Shown here piece by piece: positions 49,586 through 58,898 of a stretch of 64,000 nt of DNA. The first letter of the stretch is position 1; each line of letters starts with the position of its first letter. The notes under the pieces were generated by a model that saw nothing but the letters and a program-made list of their open reading frames with translations, was not told the DNA's origin and did not search any database. The stretch lies in the sequence record OR644643.1; one strand, written 5' to 3'. The translations under genes and the position numbers were made by a program. This stretch comes from Klebsiella phage NU-KP11.

Positions 49586-51652
49586 TTAGTATTTCAGTAC
49601 TGGAACACATACACTAATCGAACCAAAGTTGATTGCTAATCCTATGAGAGACAGCAATTTATTCACATATTGTGTGACTTTACTCAACGCCAACGTACAA
49701 ATTTGGTTATAGATTACTTTGCAGTGATCTTTAAACGATCGCGAACTATCAATGAAATTTTTGTACAGAGACTGAGCACCAGTAATCGCATTTTCATATG
49801 ACTTGAGAAGATCGTCAAATGCGACACCACAGAAGCCTAAAAACTCGTTTATTGTACTCATCAAAGGCAATTTCTTTAATTCTTCCATCGCCATGCTGTA
49901 TGTATCTTTCATTGCATCTTGTAGAGATCCAATCTGTTCCTGTATAGCGTCATACGCGGCCTGTGTTGCAGCTACAGCAGCGTTTGCCGCATCCAATGCA
50001 GATTGATAAGCCGCTGTTGCTTCGTCTGTTACAGCGCCCCACATCCAGTTTAAGTACTGGTTGAATTTTCTCTGAATTGCATCACGTTCGAAAATCTGAT
50101 TTTTTAACGTTTTGTAAAGTTCCTGCCCCTGTTCATAAAGCCCTCGGATCTGTTCGTATGACTCATCAACAAAAGCCTTGACTTTTTCCTGTGCTTGTTG
50201 ATACAAATCCATTGCAGTGAATCCAGGGAAGTTACCGCCCAGAATTATATCAAGTGGTTTGATTTGCATCATGATGTTACGGATAGCCAGCACCGCAGAC
50301 CATAACGGGTTTGGGACTTCCGGAGGGATAGCCCATGTTTGCATGATCCGACCGTATAAGTCGATTAATGCAACGCAACCGTTTTGGAACATCGTTAAAC
50401 ACCAATCAAATAACGCGCTACACGCATCCACAAGGTCGCGAGCGCCAGCTTTGACATATTCCACAGAGTAATTGTATGCGCTCCCTATGGCCCCGTATAT
50501 TGCGTTTATGACGGTTTCATATGTTTGTTGTCCGGATTTGATGATTGCATTAAATGCATCTTTCAAAGTCTGAACAGAATTATCACCAAACACCAGATCG
50601 TAAATGTTGATCGCAACACCTAAGATGGTTACTTGAGGCAAGAACTGATTAATCAATCCCCATGCACCACCGATAATGTTAAATGCAGCGCTAATCACTT
50701 GTCTGAAAACTTTCATAGCAGTTTGCCATGCTTGCTGTGACAATGCGAGCGCCCCCGCCATTACTTCTTCCATCGATACGGATAAACCATCAAACATCGT
50801 CGCGATCCCGAATCCATTCTGTACAGCACCCGTTAACATGTTAAACTGTAGCTTGAACGTATGACGGGTTTCATTCCATGCCTGTAACATAGCATCACTG
50901 ATATTTGTATATGCGAAACCAACAGTTGCCGGAATGCACGAAATATCAGCACGGCTTAATTCACTCGGTAATGCCCCATAAGTGGAAGGCATTGCAGGAG
51001 GAACAGGAGGAATGCTTGTATCTGCGTTGGTGTTAACCTGCATACCCGTATATTTGCACTGGTGCGCCCCTGTTTCATCATGCTTCATATAGGCTATACG
51101 ATTACCATTCCAATAATAATCAATATTGGTGAATGCGCCAGTGTCCTGATTATACGTCTGACGTATGCGAGCATCACATACAGGGGTTGTTCCGGAAAGA
51201 TACCCACCACTGTTTTCAACCTTATACATAGCCAGTTCGCCAGGGTTTTTGTATAGGTTTAATTTTGACAGATCCGCGCCATACCAATCATTACCACCAT
51301 TGATTTTAGTTGCACCAATAGATGTAATGTAAGCATCAATTTCTGCTTGAGTGTTGAAATAATAACCAATCTTTGGAACAAGGATCCCTGTTGGTTGTCC
51401 GGTATTTGGATCTGTTCCTGGTGAATTGACAACAGGTAGATCCGTGCTTCTATGTCCGAATGGTTCTTGAGTATAAAGATGAGTACCGATTTTGATTATC
51501 TCGGTATCCCACTCAACCCCAACAGCCGGATAATTTTCTGTATGCCCTTGCCAGATAACCCGCCGATAATAACCAGCGGGGATCTCAGCATCACAAGGAT
51601 GTTGATAATTTTGCATAATTCCATCAATTATTGATTCATAATCCATAATCAT
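49586..51652 (-). CDS. Large uncharacterised protein (688 aa) occupying the gp5.1-5.4 (PAAR) slot between gp5 and gp6
   Basis: ATG verified. It begins 4 nt after the gp5 stop, so it is translationally coupled. It has a Gly/Ala-rich central region, predicted long helices (AAYQSALDAANAAVAATQAAYDAIQEQIGSLQDAM), and a hydrophobic C-terminal tail. No PAAR motif and no other ORF of 60 aa or more are present in this interval. Confidence 0.6.
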   Translation of the reverse strand: MIMDYESIIDGIMQNYQHPCDAEIPAGYYRRVIWQGHTENYPAVGVEWDTEIIKIGTHLYTQEPFGHRSTDLPVVNSPGTDPNTGQPTGILVPKIGYYFNTQAEIDAYITSIGATKINGGNDWYGADLSKLNLYKNPGELAMYKVENSGGYLSGTTPVCDARIRQTYNQDTGAFTNIDYYWNGNRIAYMKHDETGAHQCKYTGMQVNTNADTSIPPVPPAMPSTYGALPSELSRADISCIPATVGFAYTNISDAMLQAWNETRHTFKLQFNMLTGAVQNGFGIATMFDGLSVSMEEVMAGALALSQQAWQTAMKVFRQVISAAFNIIGGAWGLINQFLPQVTILGVAINIYDLVFGDNSVQTLKDAFNAIIKSGQQTYETVINAIYGAIGSAYNYSVEYVKAGARDLVDACSALFDWCLTMFQNGCVALIDLYGRIMQTWAIPPEVPNPLWSAVLAIRNIMMQIKPLDIILGGNFPGFTAMDLYQQAQEKVKAFVDESYEQIRGLYEQGQELYKTLKNQIFERDAIQRKFNQYLNWMWGAVTDEATAAYQSALDAANAAVAATQAAYDAIQEQIGSLQDAMKDTYSMAMEELKKLPLMSTINEFLGFCGVAFDDLLKSYENAITGAQSLYKNFIDSSRSFKDHCKVIYNQICTLALSKVTQYVNKLLSLIGLAINFGSISVCVPVLKY

Positions 51653-51656
51653 TTAA

Positions 51657-53426
51657 TTACCCCACTTGGACGGTGCCGCCAGTGATTTTTGTTAATGCGC
51701 CAGAATCAATAAACGTGTTATTCGTTGCTTTGATATTGATATCTTTAGCACCGATATCCATCGTTTCTTCAATCTCAATTTTCGCATTTTTTGCAGTGAC
51801 CGTTGCGTCTTCTGTTACAGCCACGGTTGCATTCTGTTTCACATTTGCGGTAAGATTCTGATCAACGTTAACTGTTGCATCTTTGTTTACAGTTAGTTCA
51901 GCATTGCCTTTAATCAGGCCAACGTACTCACCTTCAACCGTTTGTTGAACGTTTCCACGAACAAATTCAGTTACGTTACCATCAACCGTTTGTTGAACGT
52001 TACCCATGTTGTAAATGAACGCATCACCTTCAATAACTACCTGCAAGTTGCCTTTAACGTTGAGTTTCCGGCCCTGCATCACAATCTGATAATCATCCCC
52101 TACGATTTTAACAACGCGGGTTCCATCCGGGCGAATTTCTTCGTAACTCCCTGCTGGGTGAACACGGTTATATCGTTCGTATCCTGGGGTATCATCGAAT
52201 TCCTGAATGTGTCCGGATCTCGATTCAAACACCATGTTATACGGATATTCCGCATTATAAGATGATGCTGGTTCTTCAAACATCACACGGGTATCACCAG
52301 GAGTAAACGGATCTTCCGGACTAGCAGCCAACAATGTAGCACCGTTATACGCAGCGTAAGCAGCACTCAGAGAGCGCCCTTCCGGATCTGGTACTTGCAC
52401 CCCATATGATTCAAGGTTGCCCGTGAGGACGATTTTAGACACGCGAGAAGAACGGCCTGGAGTTTGACTAGCCCACAGTGAATTTCGAAGACCATTATAA
52501 GCCGCTTGCCAATCTTCATTTTTCATCGCTTTTAGGGTATTGGTGAATTTAGCAACACCACCGACACCCATTTGAAACGACATGTTTTCGATCGCCATTT
52601 GACGAGGACGGTTGAGGTTCACATACACTTCACGGACGTTAGCGGTTCTCTGAATATCAGATCTTACTTTGGCTAAATCTTGAGCAAATAAGGTTGATAC
52701 CTCTTCTGCCGTGATTGTTCCGTTTGTTACTTCTCGACCTACCGCTTTACTGATCGCAGCGTTAATTTTTGCAGTGTCGCGAGTCTTTTCGCGGATAAGC
52801 AAATGCCCGATCCCGATTGTCGGATATCCTTCACTGTCTGTATACCATCGTGTGCGGATCCCCTCATCCTGCTTGAGCATCTTTTCGATCGTAAATCCAC
52901 CCGTATCAGGGCGGTTATCTTCTGGTATCTCATCCAGTGGGCGATCGTCTGGGTTTACTGCTATGCTTGTGTTTGAATCACGAATGATGACACTTGATGA
53001 TCCTTTGCCTTTCAAACCACCTAATGCAAGGGAGTTAACATCGTTACCAACATAGCGAGGGTATTCACCCATAGGATCGCAAAAACCTTTCTGTGTGTCT
53101 GGTTGTTCGACATATTCACCAGCGACAGTACCGATTATCATACCATCTTGGTGCCATTTGTCACGCCAATAACCAACAACAAAGGATCCGCGAGTGATAC
53201 CAGTTGGAGAGAAGCCCACACCAGAGATCGCAGCGCTTCTAATATCCTGAATAGGCATCATCCAGGGTAAATCTTCAACAGGAACACCGATCGCATCGGA
53301 TTTTTGTTTTTGGGCTGGGTGTTGTCCAAATACACGGACTTGAACACGGCCCAACCCGCGCGGATCATCAACGTTTTCAACCACCCCATCAAAGAAAGGT
53401 GAGTGTAAATTTCCGCCTAATTTCAT
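51657..53426 (-). CDS. 5: Baseplate hub / cell-puncturing device with tail lysozyme gp5
   Basis: The N-terminal FDGVVENVDDPRGLGRVQVRVFGQHP matches T4 gp5. The lysozyme domain reads DEGIRTRWYTDSEGYPTIGIGHLL...NRPRQMAIENMSFQMGVGGVAKF. The C-terminal beta-helix has VxGNxx repeats. Confidence 0.95.
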   Translation of the reverse strand: MKLGGNLHSPFFDGVVENVDDPRGLGRVQVRVFGQHPAQKQKSDAIGVPVEDLPWMMPIQDIRSAAISGVGFSPTGITRGSFVVGYWRDKWHQDGMIIGTVAGEYVEQPDTQKGFCDPMGEYPRYVGNDVNSLALGGLKGKGSSSVIIRDSNTSIAVNPDDRPLDEIPEDNRPDTGGFTIEKMLKQDEGIRTRWYTDSEGYPTIGIGHLLIREKTRDTAKINAAISKAVGREVTNGTITAEEVSTLFAQDLAKVRSDIQRTANVREVYVNLNRPRQMAIENMSFQMGVGGVAKFTNTLKAMKNEDWQAAYNGLRNSLWASQTPGRSSRVSKIVLTGNLESYGVQVPDPEGRSLSAAYAAYNGATLLAASPEDPFTPGDTRVMFEEPASSYNAEYPYNMVFESRSGHIQEFDDTPGYERYNRVHPAGSYEEIRPDGTRVVKIVGDDYQIVMQGRKLNVKGNLQVVIEGDAFIYNMGNVQQTVDGNVTEFVRGNVQQTVEGEYVGLIKGNAELTVNKDATVNVDQNLTANVKQNATVAVTEDATVTAKNAKIEIEETMDIGAKDINIKATNNTFIDSGALTKITGGTVQVG

Positions 53427-53977
53427 GAGTTAGCCTTTTCCATTTCTTTAATAAAATCATTCAGAAACGCCTGGATGTCAGACGGACTAATGATTTTTAT
53501 TGTTCGTTTTGCTTCATTCTGCAACACTGCATCTTCATAAATATCTACAGGAGCTAATACACCTTGATACTGTAAATACAGCATTGGTTTGTCACCTTTG
53601 TCATACCAATGACCAGGGTTATTGGGGTCTTCGACAAGGTTATAATACTTGTTGTTGTTTTCATCTACATGATACAGAACCTGTTCACCGCCAACCTCAG
53701 AATAACGCTGTATAGCGCACTGATACGCGGCTTCCTGATCGCTGATCCAACCATAGAAAGGGTCATAAACAGAGTTAAGCATCAACAGGATCCAGTAGTA
53801 TTGCTGGTTTCCATATAATGATTCTGCAAGTTGTTCAGGTCGTAGTGTGCCTGTTATCTGGTAACTACGGGTTTTATATTTTCCAATCACACGATTAAAA
53901 TAAAATCGATAGTCTCGGAAAATATCAGTTGTCTGGGTGCCTTTGTAATCAACAGGCGGGAAGTATGAAAATAGCAC
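53423..53977 (-). CDS. 53: Baseplate wedge protein gp53
   Basis: MLFSYFPPVDYKG...IFRDYRFYFNR...YQITGTLRPEQLAESLYGNQQYYWILLMLN..YDPFYGWISDQEAAYQ closely parallels T4 gp53. The start is GTG, preceded by an AGGGGAA RBS. Confidence 0.85.
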   Translation of the reverse strand: MLFSYFPPVDYKGTQTTDIFRDYRFYFNRVIGKYKTRSYQITGTLRPEQLAESLYGNQQYYWILLMLNSVYDPFYGWISDQEAAYQCAIQRYSEVGGEQVLYHVDENNNKYYNLVEDPNNPGHWYDKGDKPMLYLQYQGVLAPVDIYEDAVLQNEAKRTIKIISPSDIQAFLNDFIKEMEKANS

Positions 53978-54027
53978 GATAAGTTCCCCTATCTAAACGT
54001 TATATTATTCTATTTAGGATTTACGCA

Positions 54028-54495
54028 ATGGCTGGAAGACAGACGTATAAAGGGTCGTTTGTACCCGAAAACATACAGAAGTATAAAGGCGATCCGCGAA
54101 AGATTACGTATAGGTCATCGTGGGAGCGCTACGTTATGAAGTGGCTGGATAAAAACCCACACGTAAAACGTTGGAATTCTGAATGTATAGTGATCCCGTA
54201 TTTCTGCAACGCAGACGGTAAGAGAAGGCGCTATTACATGGATTTCTATGTGGAAATGGAAAATGGTACTACATATCTTTGGGAGGTTAAGCCCCTTAAA
54301 GAAACCATGCCCCCACCGAAGCCAGTAAACAACAACGTACACAATAAAAAGAAATTTATTGATGCTCTTTACACCTATACAGTTAATATTGATAAGTGGA
54401 AAGCCGCAAATGAGCTATGCCGTCAAAAAGGCTGGCAGTTCAAAATAGTAACAGAAGAATCACTCAAAAAAGTTTTTGGGTGGCGAGGTCAGTAA
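54028..54495 (+). CDS. 4: Head completion protein gp4
   Basis: 155 aa. Position (between 53 and 2) and size match T4 gp4 (150 aa). KGSFVPENIQKY...YRSSWERYVMKWLD.NP.VKRW.SE.IVIPY is the conserved gp4-like N-terminal block. Confidence 0.65.
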   Translation: MAGRQTYKGSFVPENIQKYKGDPRKITYRSSWERYVMKWLDKNPHVKRWNSECIVIPYFCNADGKRRRYYMDFYVEMENGTTYLWEVKPLKETMPPPKPVNNNVHNKKKFIDALYTYTVNIDKWKAANELCRQKGWQFKIVTEESLKKVFGWRGQ

Positions 54496-54510
54496 TCCCT
54501 GGAGGGAAAC

Positions 54511-55365
54511 ATGAGTTTTATTTTTGAGTTTGAGATCATCGCGGAAGAGGATAAACCCAAAGCACCACCCAAACGCAAATTGAGTGATTGGGTTGAACTT
54601 GGGATCAAATTCCGTAAGGCAAAAACGAAAGGTGTTTCTGCTAAACGTTTTGCCGATTCTGAGGGATTAAACTACGCAACGTTCACAAAGTCAATGCATC
54701 GTTACAAAAAACAGATTGATGATGAGATTGAACGACGTACAGCAGAAACAGAAGCCCGTAAAAAACGTAATGACTACCGTAAAAAACACGGGATCGAGAT
54801 CATCAACGATTTCCGTAATAGTCTGAAAAAGATCACTGTTGGTGTATCAGCGGCAAAGCGACAGAAAGATTCAACAGAATGGTTTGGTAATTTCATCAAA
54901 ACCAGTATCAAAACACACCGTGTGGCAAAACCAGCAACTGGTCGCCTATACACGTTTGCATATGATGCGAAATATAAAGACACCCTGCCGTACTGGGATA
55001 GATTTCCACTGATCATTTTCTTAGGATCCGGAAGATCGAAAGCTGGTAACTTGGTGTTCTATGGTTTGAACTTGCACTATGCGCCACCCAGAGCACGACA
55101 GGAGTTTTTAGAAGAGTTATTGAAGCGAGGGTACGGATCCACTAAACGCCTCTCTAACAAGACCGTGCTTAAAATTAACTGGGGTAACGTGAAAGGTATG
55201 CGAGGCGCAACAGAAATGATCAAAGCATATCTACCATCACACCTCAAATCACCATTAGCAGAGATTGCCCCTAAAGATTGGGCGAAAGCTGTTTGGCTAC
55301 CGACTCAGCAATTTATGTCCAAAGGGAAACCTTACGGCGCGAAAAAAGTCTGGAGCAAATACTAA
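54511..55365 (+). CDS. 2: DNA end-protector protein gp2
   Basis: 284 aa versus T4 gp2 at 274 aa, in conserved synteny. RBS GGAGGGAAACATG is present. A bidirectional terminator lies at about 55369-55395. Confidence 0.6.
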   Translation: MSFIFEFEIIAEEDKPKAPPKRKLSDWVELGIKFRKAKTKGVSAKRFADSEGLNYATFTKSMHRYKKQIDDEIERRTAETEARKKRNDYRKKHGIEIINDFRNSLKKITVGVSAAKRQKDSTEWFGNFIKTSIKTHRVAKPATGRLYTFAYDAKYKDTLPYWDRFPLIIFLGSGRSKAGNLVFYGLNLHYAPPRARQEFLEELLKRGYGSTKRLSNKTVLKINWGNVKGMRGATEMIKAYLPSHLKSPLAEIAPKDWAKAVWLPTQQFMSKGKPYGAKKVWSKY

Positions 55366-55368
55366 TCA

Positions 55369-55395
55369 AAAAGCCCCAACCGAAAGGAAGGGGCT
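55369..55395. terminator. Bidirectional terminator AGCCCCAACCGAAAGGAAGGGGCTT (copy 2), between gp2 and the moron
   Basis: The sequence is identical to copy 1 at about 21400, with A/T runs on both sides. Confidence 0.65.
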
Positions 55396-55401
55396 TTATT
55401 T

Positions 55402-56346
55402 TTACTTAGGATCGTAATGTCCGGTTTTAATTCCGGAAACAATATGTGCTACATCAAACGCTTTACCATGATCAGAACCCGCTTTACTGTAGATATGACC
55501 AAATGTAAATTTCTGGTCGTCTGATGTACGGAATACGCCGATCGGTTCTGAATCTTCGCCTTTTTCGTAGTATTCAACACTAACGACGGTTTCATATTCG
55601 AATGATTCAGTCTTTTCGTTGTAAAATTTCTTTTTTTCTACTTCCACGTAAACATCAAACTTTTTCTTTAGTGCAGCAACCAATTTTTTAACATTAGGTG
55701 AGGACTTCCCCACAACAGCTTCATTGATTTCCTCCGATTCAGCCAGAACCAGTTTAGAAACCATATCGCCTTTATATTCCTGGGTGAATTTTTTACCAGA
55801 TACCAGGCGAGGTTTGCCGGAAGCATCGACTACGGTAAACACTGCATATTCACCGCTTGCTTTAGTTTTAGAACGCCCAGTGTACAGAAGACGCATATCG
55901 TTGCTTGGGAGTTTGTAAACTTTACCTTTCACCAGAGCTTCATCCATAGGGATCTCGATTTCGAAATCTTCTGCTAACTGGTTATATAGATCCAGATTTT
56001 CTTCCGCCTCTTCATACAGAGTAGCAGCTTTGAATTTTTCTGGTTTGTCGAAATCCATATCATTATCCGGATTACCACTGTAGAAAGAAACAGTACCTTT
56101 AGCCCAATCGACATAAGCCGCTTGAACTTTACCAGTAGTCATACCTTTCAAACGTACAATGTTTTTACCGAAGTATGCCAGATCGTGAGAATCCGGTGCT
56201 AAAACTTCGAAATCAGAACCATGTTTGAAGTGAAGAAAACCGATTGAATGTTTATCGGAAGTTTTAGCGCGTTGACCACGTGCTACGGTACGAGCGAGGG
56301 TTTTACCTTCGGTCAGAAATTCTTTGAATTTTTTCAAGTGAGTCAT
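55402..56346 (-). CDS. Hypothetical protein (314-325 aa) on the opposite strand. It is a moron-like insertion between gp2 and gp3.
   Basis: Long ORF. The ATG at 56346 has an AGGAAAA RBS, and the track's upstream ATG is at 56379. It is flanked by an AT-rich promoter island and a bidirectional terminator. Confidence 0.5.
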   Translation of the reverse strand: MTHLKKFKEFLTEGKTLARTVARGQRAKTSDKHSIGFLHFKHGSDFEVLAPDSHDLAYFGKNIVRLKGMTTGKVQAAYVDWAKGTVSFYSGNPDNDMDFDKPEKFKAATLYEEAEENLDLYNQLAEDFEIEIPMDEALVKGKVYKLPSNDMRLLYTGRSKTKASGEYAVFTVVDASGKPRLVSGKKFTQEYKGDMVSKLVLAESEEINEAVVGKSSPNVKKLVAALKKKFDVYVEVEKKKFYNEKTESFEYETVVSVEYYEKGEDSEPIGVFRTSDDQKFTFGHIYSKAGSDHGKAFDVAHIVSGIKTGHYDPK

Positions 56347-56379
56347 TTTGTTTTTTCCTGATTTCCAATATGGGAACAT

Positions 56380-56716
56380 AGTACCAGTATTTAGTGACGG
56401 GGTAAAGGAAAAGTTTTCAGAAAAAGCATAAAATTTATTAGATCTAAGTATTGATCTTCATAAAAATTTATGATAAAATAAAATATTAATATATTATAGA
56501 TCATAAAATTTATGAATTCAAGATCAGATCTAAAAATTTTTGATAAATTATTTATTAAATTTTACTTGATCTTGTTAGATCTTTTTGATAAAATTTTAAT
56601 TAATAATTATTATAGATCAAAGATTTTAAAAGGTCAAGCATTTTCTTCAAATTTTTATATTACCCCGTCAGGCCGCTTTGATCCCGTTCCCCGCTAAATA
56701 GAGGAAAGGAGATCCT
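56380..56716. promoter_or_regulatory. AT-rich intergenic island between divergent genes. It has 8 GATC sites, three copies of a near-palindromic 14-mer (cATAAAATTTATgA), and sigma70-like promoters toward gp3.
   Basis: GATC at about 56441, 56453, 56509, 56522, 56527, 56568, 56578 and 56615. The 14-mer occurs at about 56427, 56459 and 56502. Two TTGATC, 17 nt, TAAAAT arrangements are present. Confidence 0.5.
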
Positions 56717-57247
56717 ATGTCTACAGAAATGATTTTAAACCAAATCTCACCTACAAACTTTCGGGTTGATATTCCTGATAACAGTTACATGAAAGGTTTG
56801 ACTTTACAAGTTCAAGGGGTTACACTACCATCAATGAACCTCCCAGCAGTTGATATTCCTGCAAATATGATGGTTCGAGGTAAAGTACCTGGTTCGGCTT
56901 TTGAGTTTGATCCTTTGATGATCCGCTTTGTAGTCGATGAGGAAATGAGATCGTATCTTGGGATTTACATATGGATGTTGAGCACAAACGATTATAACGA
57001 GTTTAACTCTGTTGCGTGGGATGATCCTAAGCAATCATTCGCTGTGCATATCCTGGATAACTCCCAGATGAAAACGATCGCCACATTTAGATTTTATGGT
57101 GCCTTCCCAACAAACTTGGGTGAGGTTGAATTGGGTTATACTAACGATAGTGATGAAGCGGTTACGTGTATGGCAACTTTTGGCTTCCTTCATATGGAAG
57201 TTGAAATTGACGGAAAAGTAGTCACTTCTCAAAAGAGAATGAGCTAA
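56717..57247 (+). CDS. 3: Tail completion / sheath stabiliser protein gp3
   Basis: 176 aa, equal to the T4 gp3 size, positioned immediately upstream of gene 1. RBS AGGAAAGGAGATCCTATG is present. Confidence 0.6.
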   Translation: MSTEMILNQISPTNFRVDIPDNSYMKGLTLQVQGVTLPSMNLPAVDIPANMMVRGKVPGSAFEFDPLMIRFVVDEEMRSYLGIYIWMLSTNDYNEFNSVAWDDPKQSFAVHILDNSQMKTIATFRFYGAFPTNLGEVELGYTNDSDEAVTCMATFGFLHMEVEIDGKVVTSQKRMS

Positions 57248-57942
57248 TGATTTATGTGATTAGTGGAAAAAAGCGAACTGGTAAAGATACGGTTGCTAAA
57301 TTTATTCAAGAGGCGTACAATGATGTTCAGTGTGAAGCACTGGCATTTGGTATCAAAAGAACGCTAAGAGTAGCAATGCAGCGGTATGGTTACGATAAAC
57401 CATACATTCGCAATCTGGTTGAAGGAAAATATTCTGATCCGGATGCTATTTTTTATGAAGGCGATCGAGAGAAACCTCTTGTGATTTCTAATGAAGATGT
57501 CCTAAATATTTTCAGAATCGGGCTTGAAATCCTCAAAGAACGCGGATACAATATTGTTTACAGTCCGGATGATATTCATAACCTGATTATGCGTAACGAT
57601 ACCCCCTGGAGTATCAGACGCTTGATGCAAGTGTTTGGAACTGATATCGTATGCAAGTATGATAACACGGTTTGGGTTCGTTACACGTTGGAAAGATTCG
57701 TCAATAAATATACTGGTGACGAATACAACCATCTTCTGGTCACTGACTGTCGCCAGGAACACGAATATAAATACCTGAAACGCTTGGGTGCTAAGTTTGT
57801 GTTTATTGTAAAGGATACCGGAATTGTTGATGAACATTCCACGGAAAAAGGTTTGACACCTCAACCGGGAGATAGTATCATCACTAACGAAGGTACTTTG
57901 AAACAACTAAAGAGCAAAGTGCTCGATACTTTTAAATTTTAA
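57247..57942 (+). CDS. 1: Deoxynucleoside monophosphate kinase gp1
   Basis: ISGKKRTGKDTVAKFI (P-loop), WSIRRLMQVFGTDIV, VTDCRQEHE and IITNEGTLKQLKSKV are colinear with T4 gp1. Confidence 0.9.
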   Translation: MIYVISGKKRTGKDTVAKFIQEAYNDVQCEALAFGIKRTLRVAMQRYGYDKPYIRNLVEGKYSDPDAIFYEGDREKPLVISNEDVLNIFRIGLEILKERGYNIVYSPDDIHNLIMRNDTPWSIRRLMQVFGTDIVCKYDNTVWVRYTLERFVNKYTGDEYNHLLVTDCRQEHEYKYLKRLGAKFVFIVKDTGIVDEHSTEKGLTPQPGDSIITNEGTLKQLKSKVLDTFKF

Positions 57943-57944
57943 CA

Positions 57945-58217
57945 ATGGGTAATAAAATGTCTGATATTCAAAAACTGCAAAATGAAGTACTGGTACTGAA
58001 AGGCCGCGCATTCGATCTGAACGAAGTGATCGCGCAAAAAGAAAGTGAACTCTCTGTTCATCGTCAACTTCTGTCCGACCTGTGTTCGGTACTGGGTATT
58101 GACGCAAGCCAGCCAGTAACCCCAGAAGCAGTGATTGGCGCGGTATCCGCTCTGATCCCTTCCGTTGAAGTCGAAAAAGTCGCGGAAGATGAAGCCGCCT
58201 TTGGCGAAGAAGCGTAA
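57945..58217 (+). CDS. 57A: Tail fibre assembly chaperone gp57A. The start is more likely the ATG at about 57957.
   Basis: A small coiled-coil protein with an acidic C-terminus (KVAEDEAAFGEEA) like T4 gp57A. It sits downstream of gene 1. A terminator lies at about 58236-58255. Confidence 0.7.
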   Translation: MGNKMSDIQKLQNEVLVLKGRAFDLNEVIAQKESELSVHRQLLSDLCSVLGIDASQPVTPEAVIGAVSALIPSVEVEKVAEDEAAFGEEA

Positions 58218-58235
58218 AAACAAATTTATCACAAA

Positions 58236-58257
58236 GGGGCTTCGGCCCCTTTTTTAT
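58236..58257 (+). terminator. Terminator GGGGCTTCGGCCCC followed by TTTTTTATT, after gp57A
   Basis: A UUCG-tetraloop hairpin followed by a T-run. Confidence 0.7.
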
Positions 58258-58268
58258 TGGGGTGTTTT

Positions 58269-58892
58269 ATGAAATCATTTCTTGAAATCACAAAACCTGT
58301 TGTAGATCCTGGTATCTACATGTGTGCTAAATTCGATCAGGCTTCATGTGAGGCTTTGAAAAATGTTCAAAAGACATTAGGTATCACAAAGAATGCTGTT
58401 TCAGCCGAAAAGATGCATACAACGATCGTATACAGCCGGAAAACGGTTGATTTGTTCCCGCAACAGGACATCACAGAACCTGCTAAACTGGTTGATGTTG
58501 AAAAGTGGGACACAAAATACGGTAGCACTATCGTAGGGATCCTGGAATCTGAATACCTACATAGCCGTTTCAAAGATTCAATTGATGCTGGCGCAACATA
58601 CGATTACCCGGATTACAAGCCGCACGTAACCCTTGCATACGATTCGATGCTTGATGATATCACCGGAGTGAAAAGGTTATTGACACTGCCAGTGGATTTG
58701 ACTATTATCGGTGAAGAGGCTGAATCACTGGATCTGGATAAGTCGTTAAAAGATATTACAGAACACATTGAACAGCGTGGCGATAAGTGGGTTGTTTTGA
58801 ATCACGATCGCACAAAAGAACTTGGTGAATACGATTCGAAAGCCGCCGCTGAAAAGCGTTTGCGTCAGATCGAATACTTCAAAAATCAGTGA
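58269..58892 (+). CDS. 2H phosphoesterase (LigT-like), a 57B-like protein
   Basis: Two H-x-T/S-x motifs (MHTTIVYS and PHVTLAYD). The track start at 58257 is TTG. The ATG at 58269 has a GGGGTG RBS. Confidence 0.6.
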   Translation: MKSFLEITKPVVDPGIYMCAKFDQASCEALKNVQKTLGITKNAVSAEKMHTTIVYSRKTVDLFPQQDITEPAKLVDVEKWDTKYGSTIVGILESEYLHSRFKDSIDAGATYDYPDYKPHVTLAYDSMLDDITGVKRLLTLPVDLTIIGEEAESLDLDKSLKDITEHIEQRGDKWVVLNHDRTKELGEYDSKAAAEKRLRQIEYFKNQ

Positions 58893-58898
58893 GGATTA

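Noticed and set aside
57945-57956. Upstream ATG for gp57A (MGNKMSDIQ...)
   Set aside because: There is no RBS. The second ATG (MSDIQKL...) matches the T4 gp57A N-terminus (MSEQ...) better. I retained the track range in the feature list and noted the uncertainty there.
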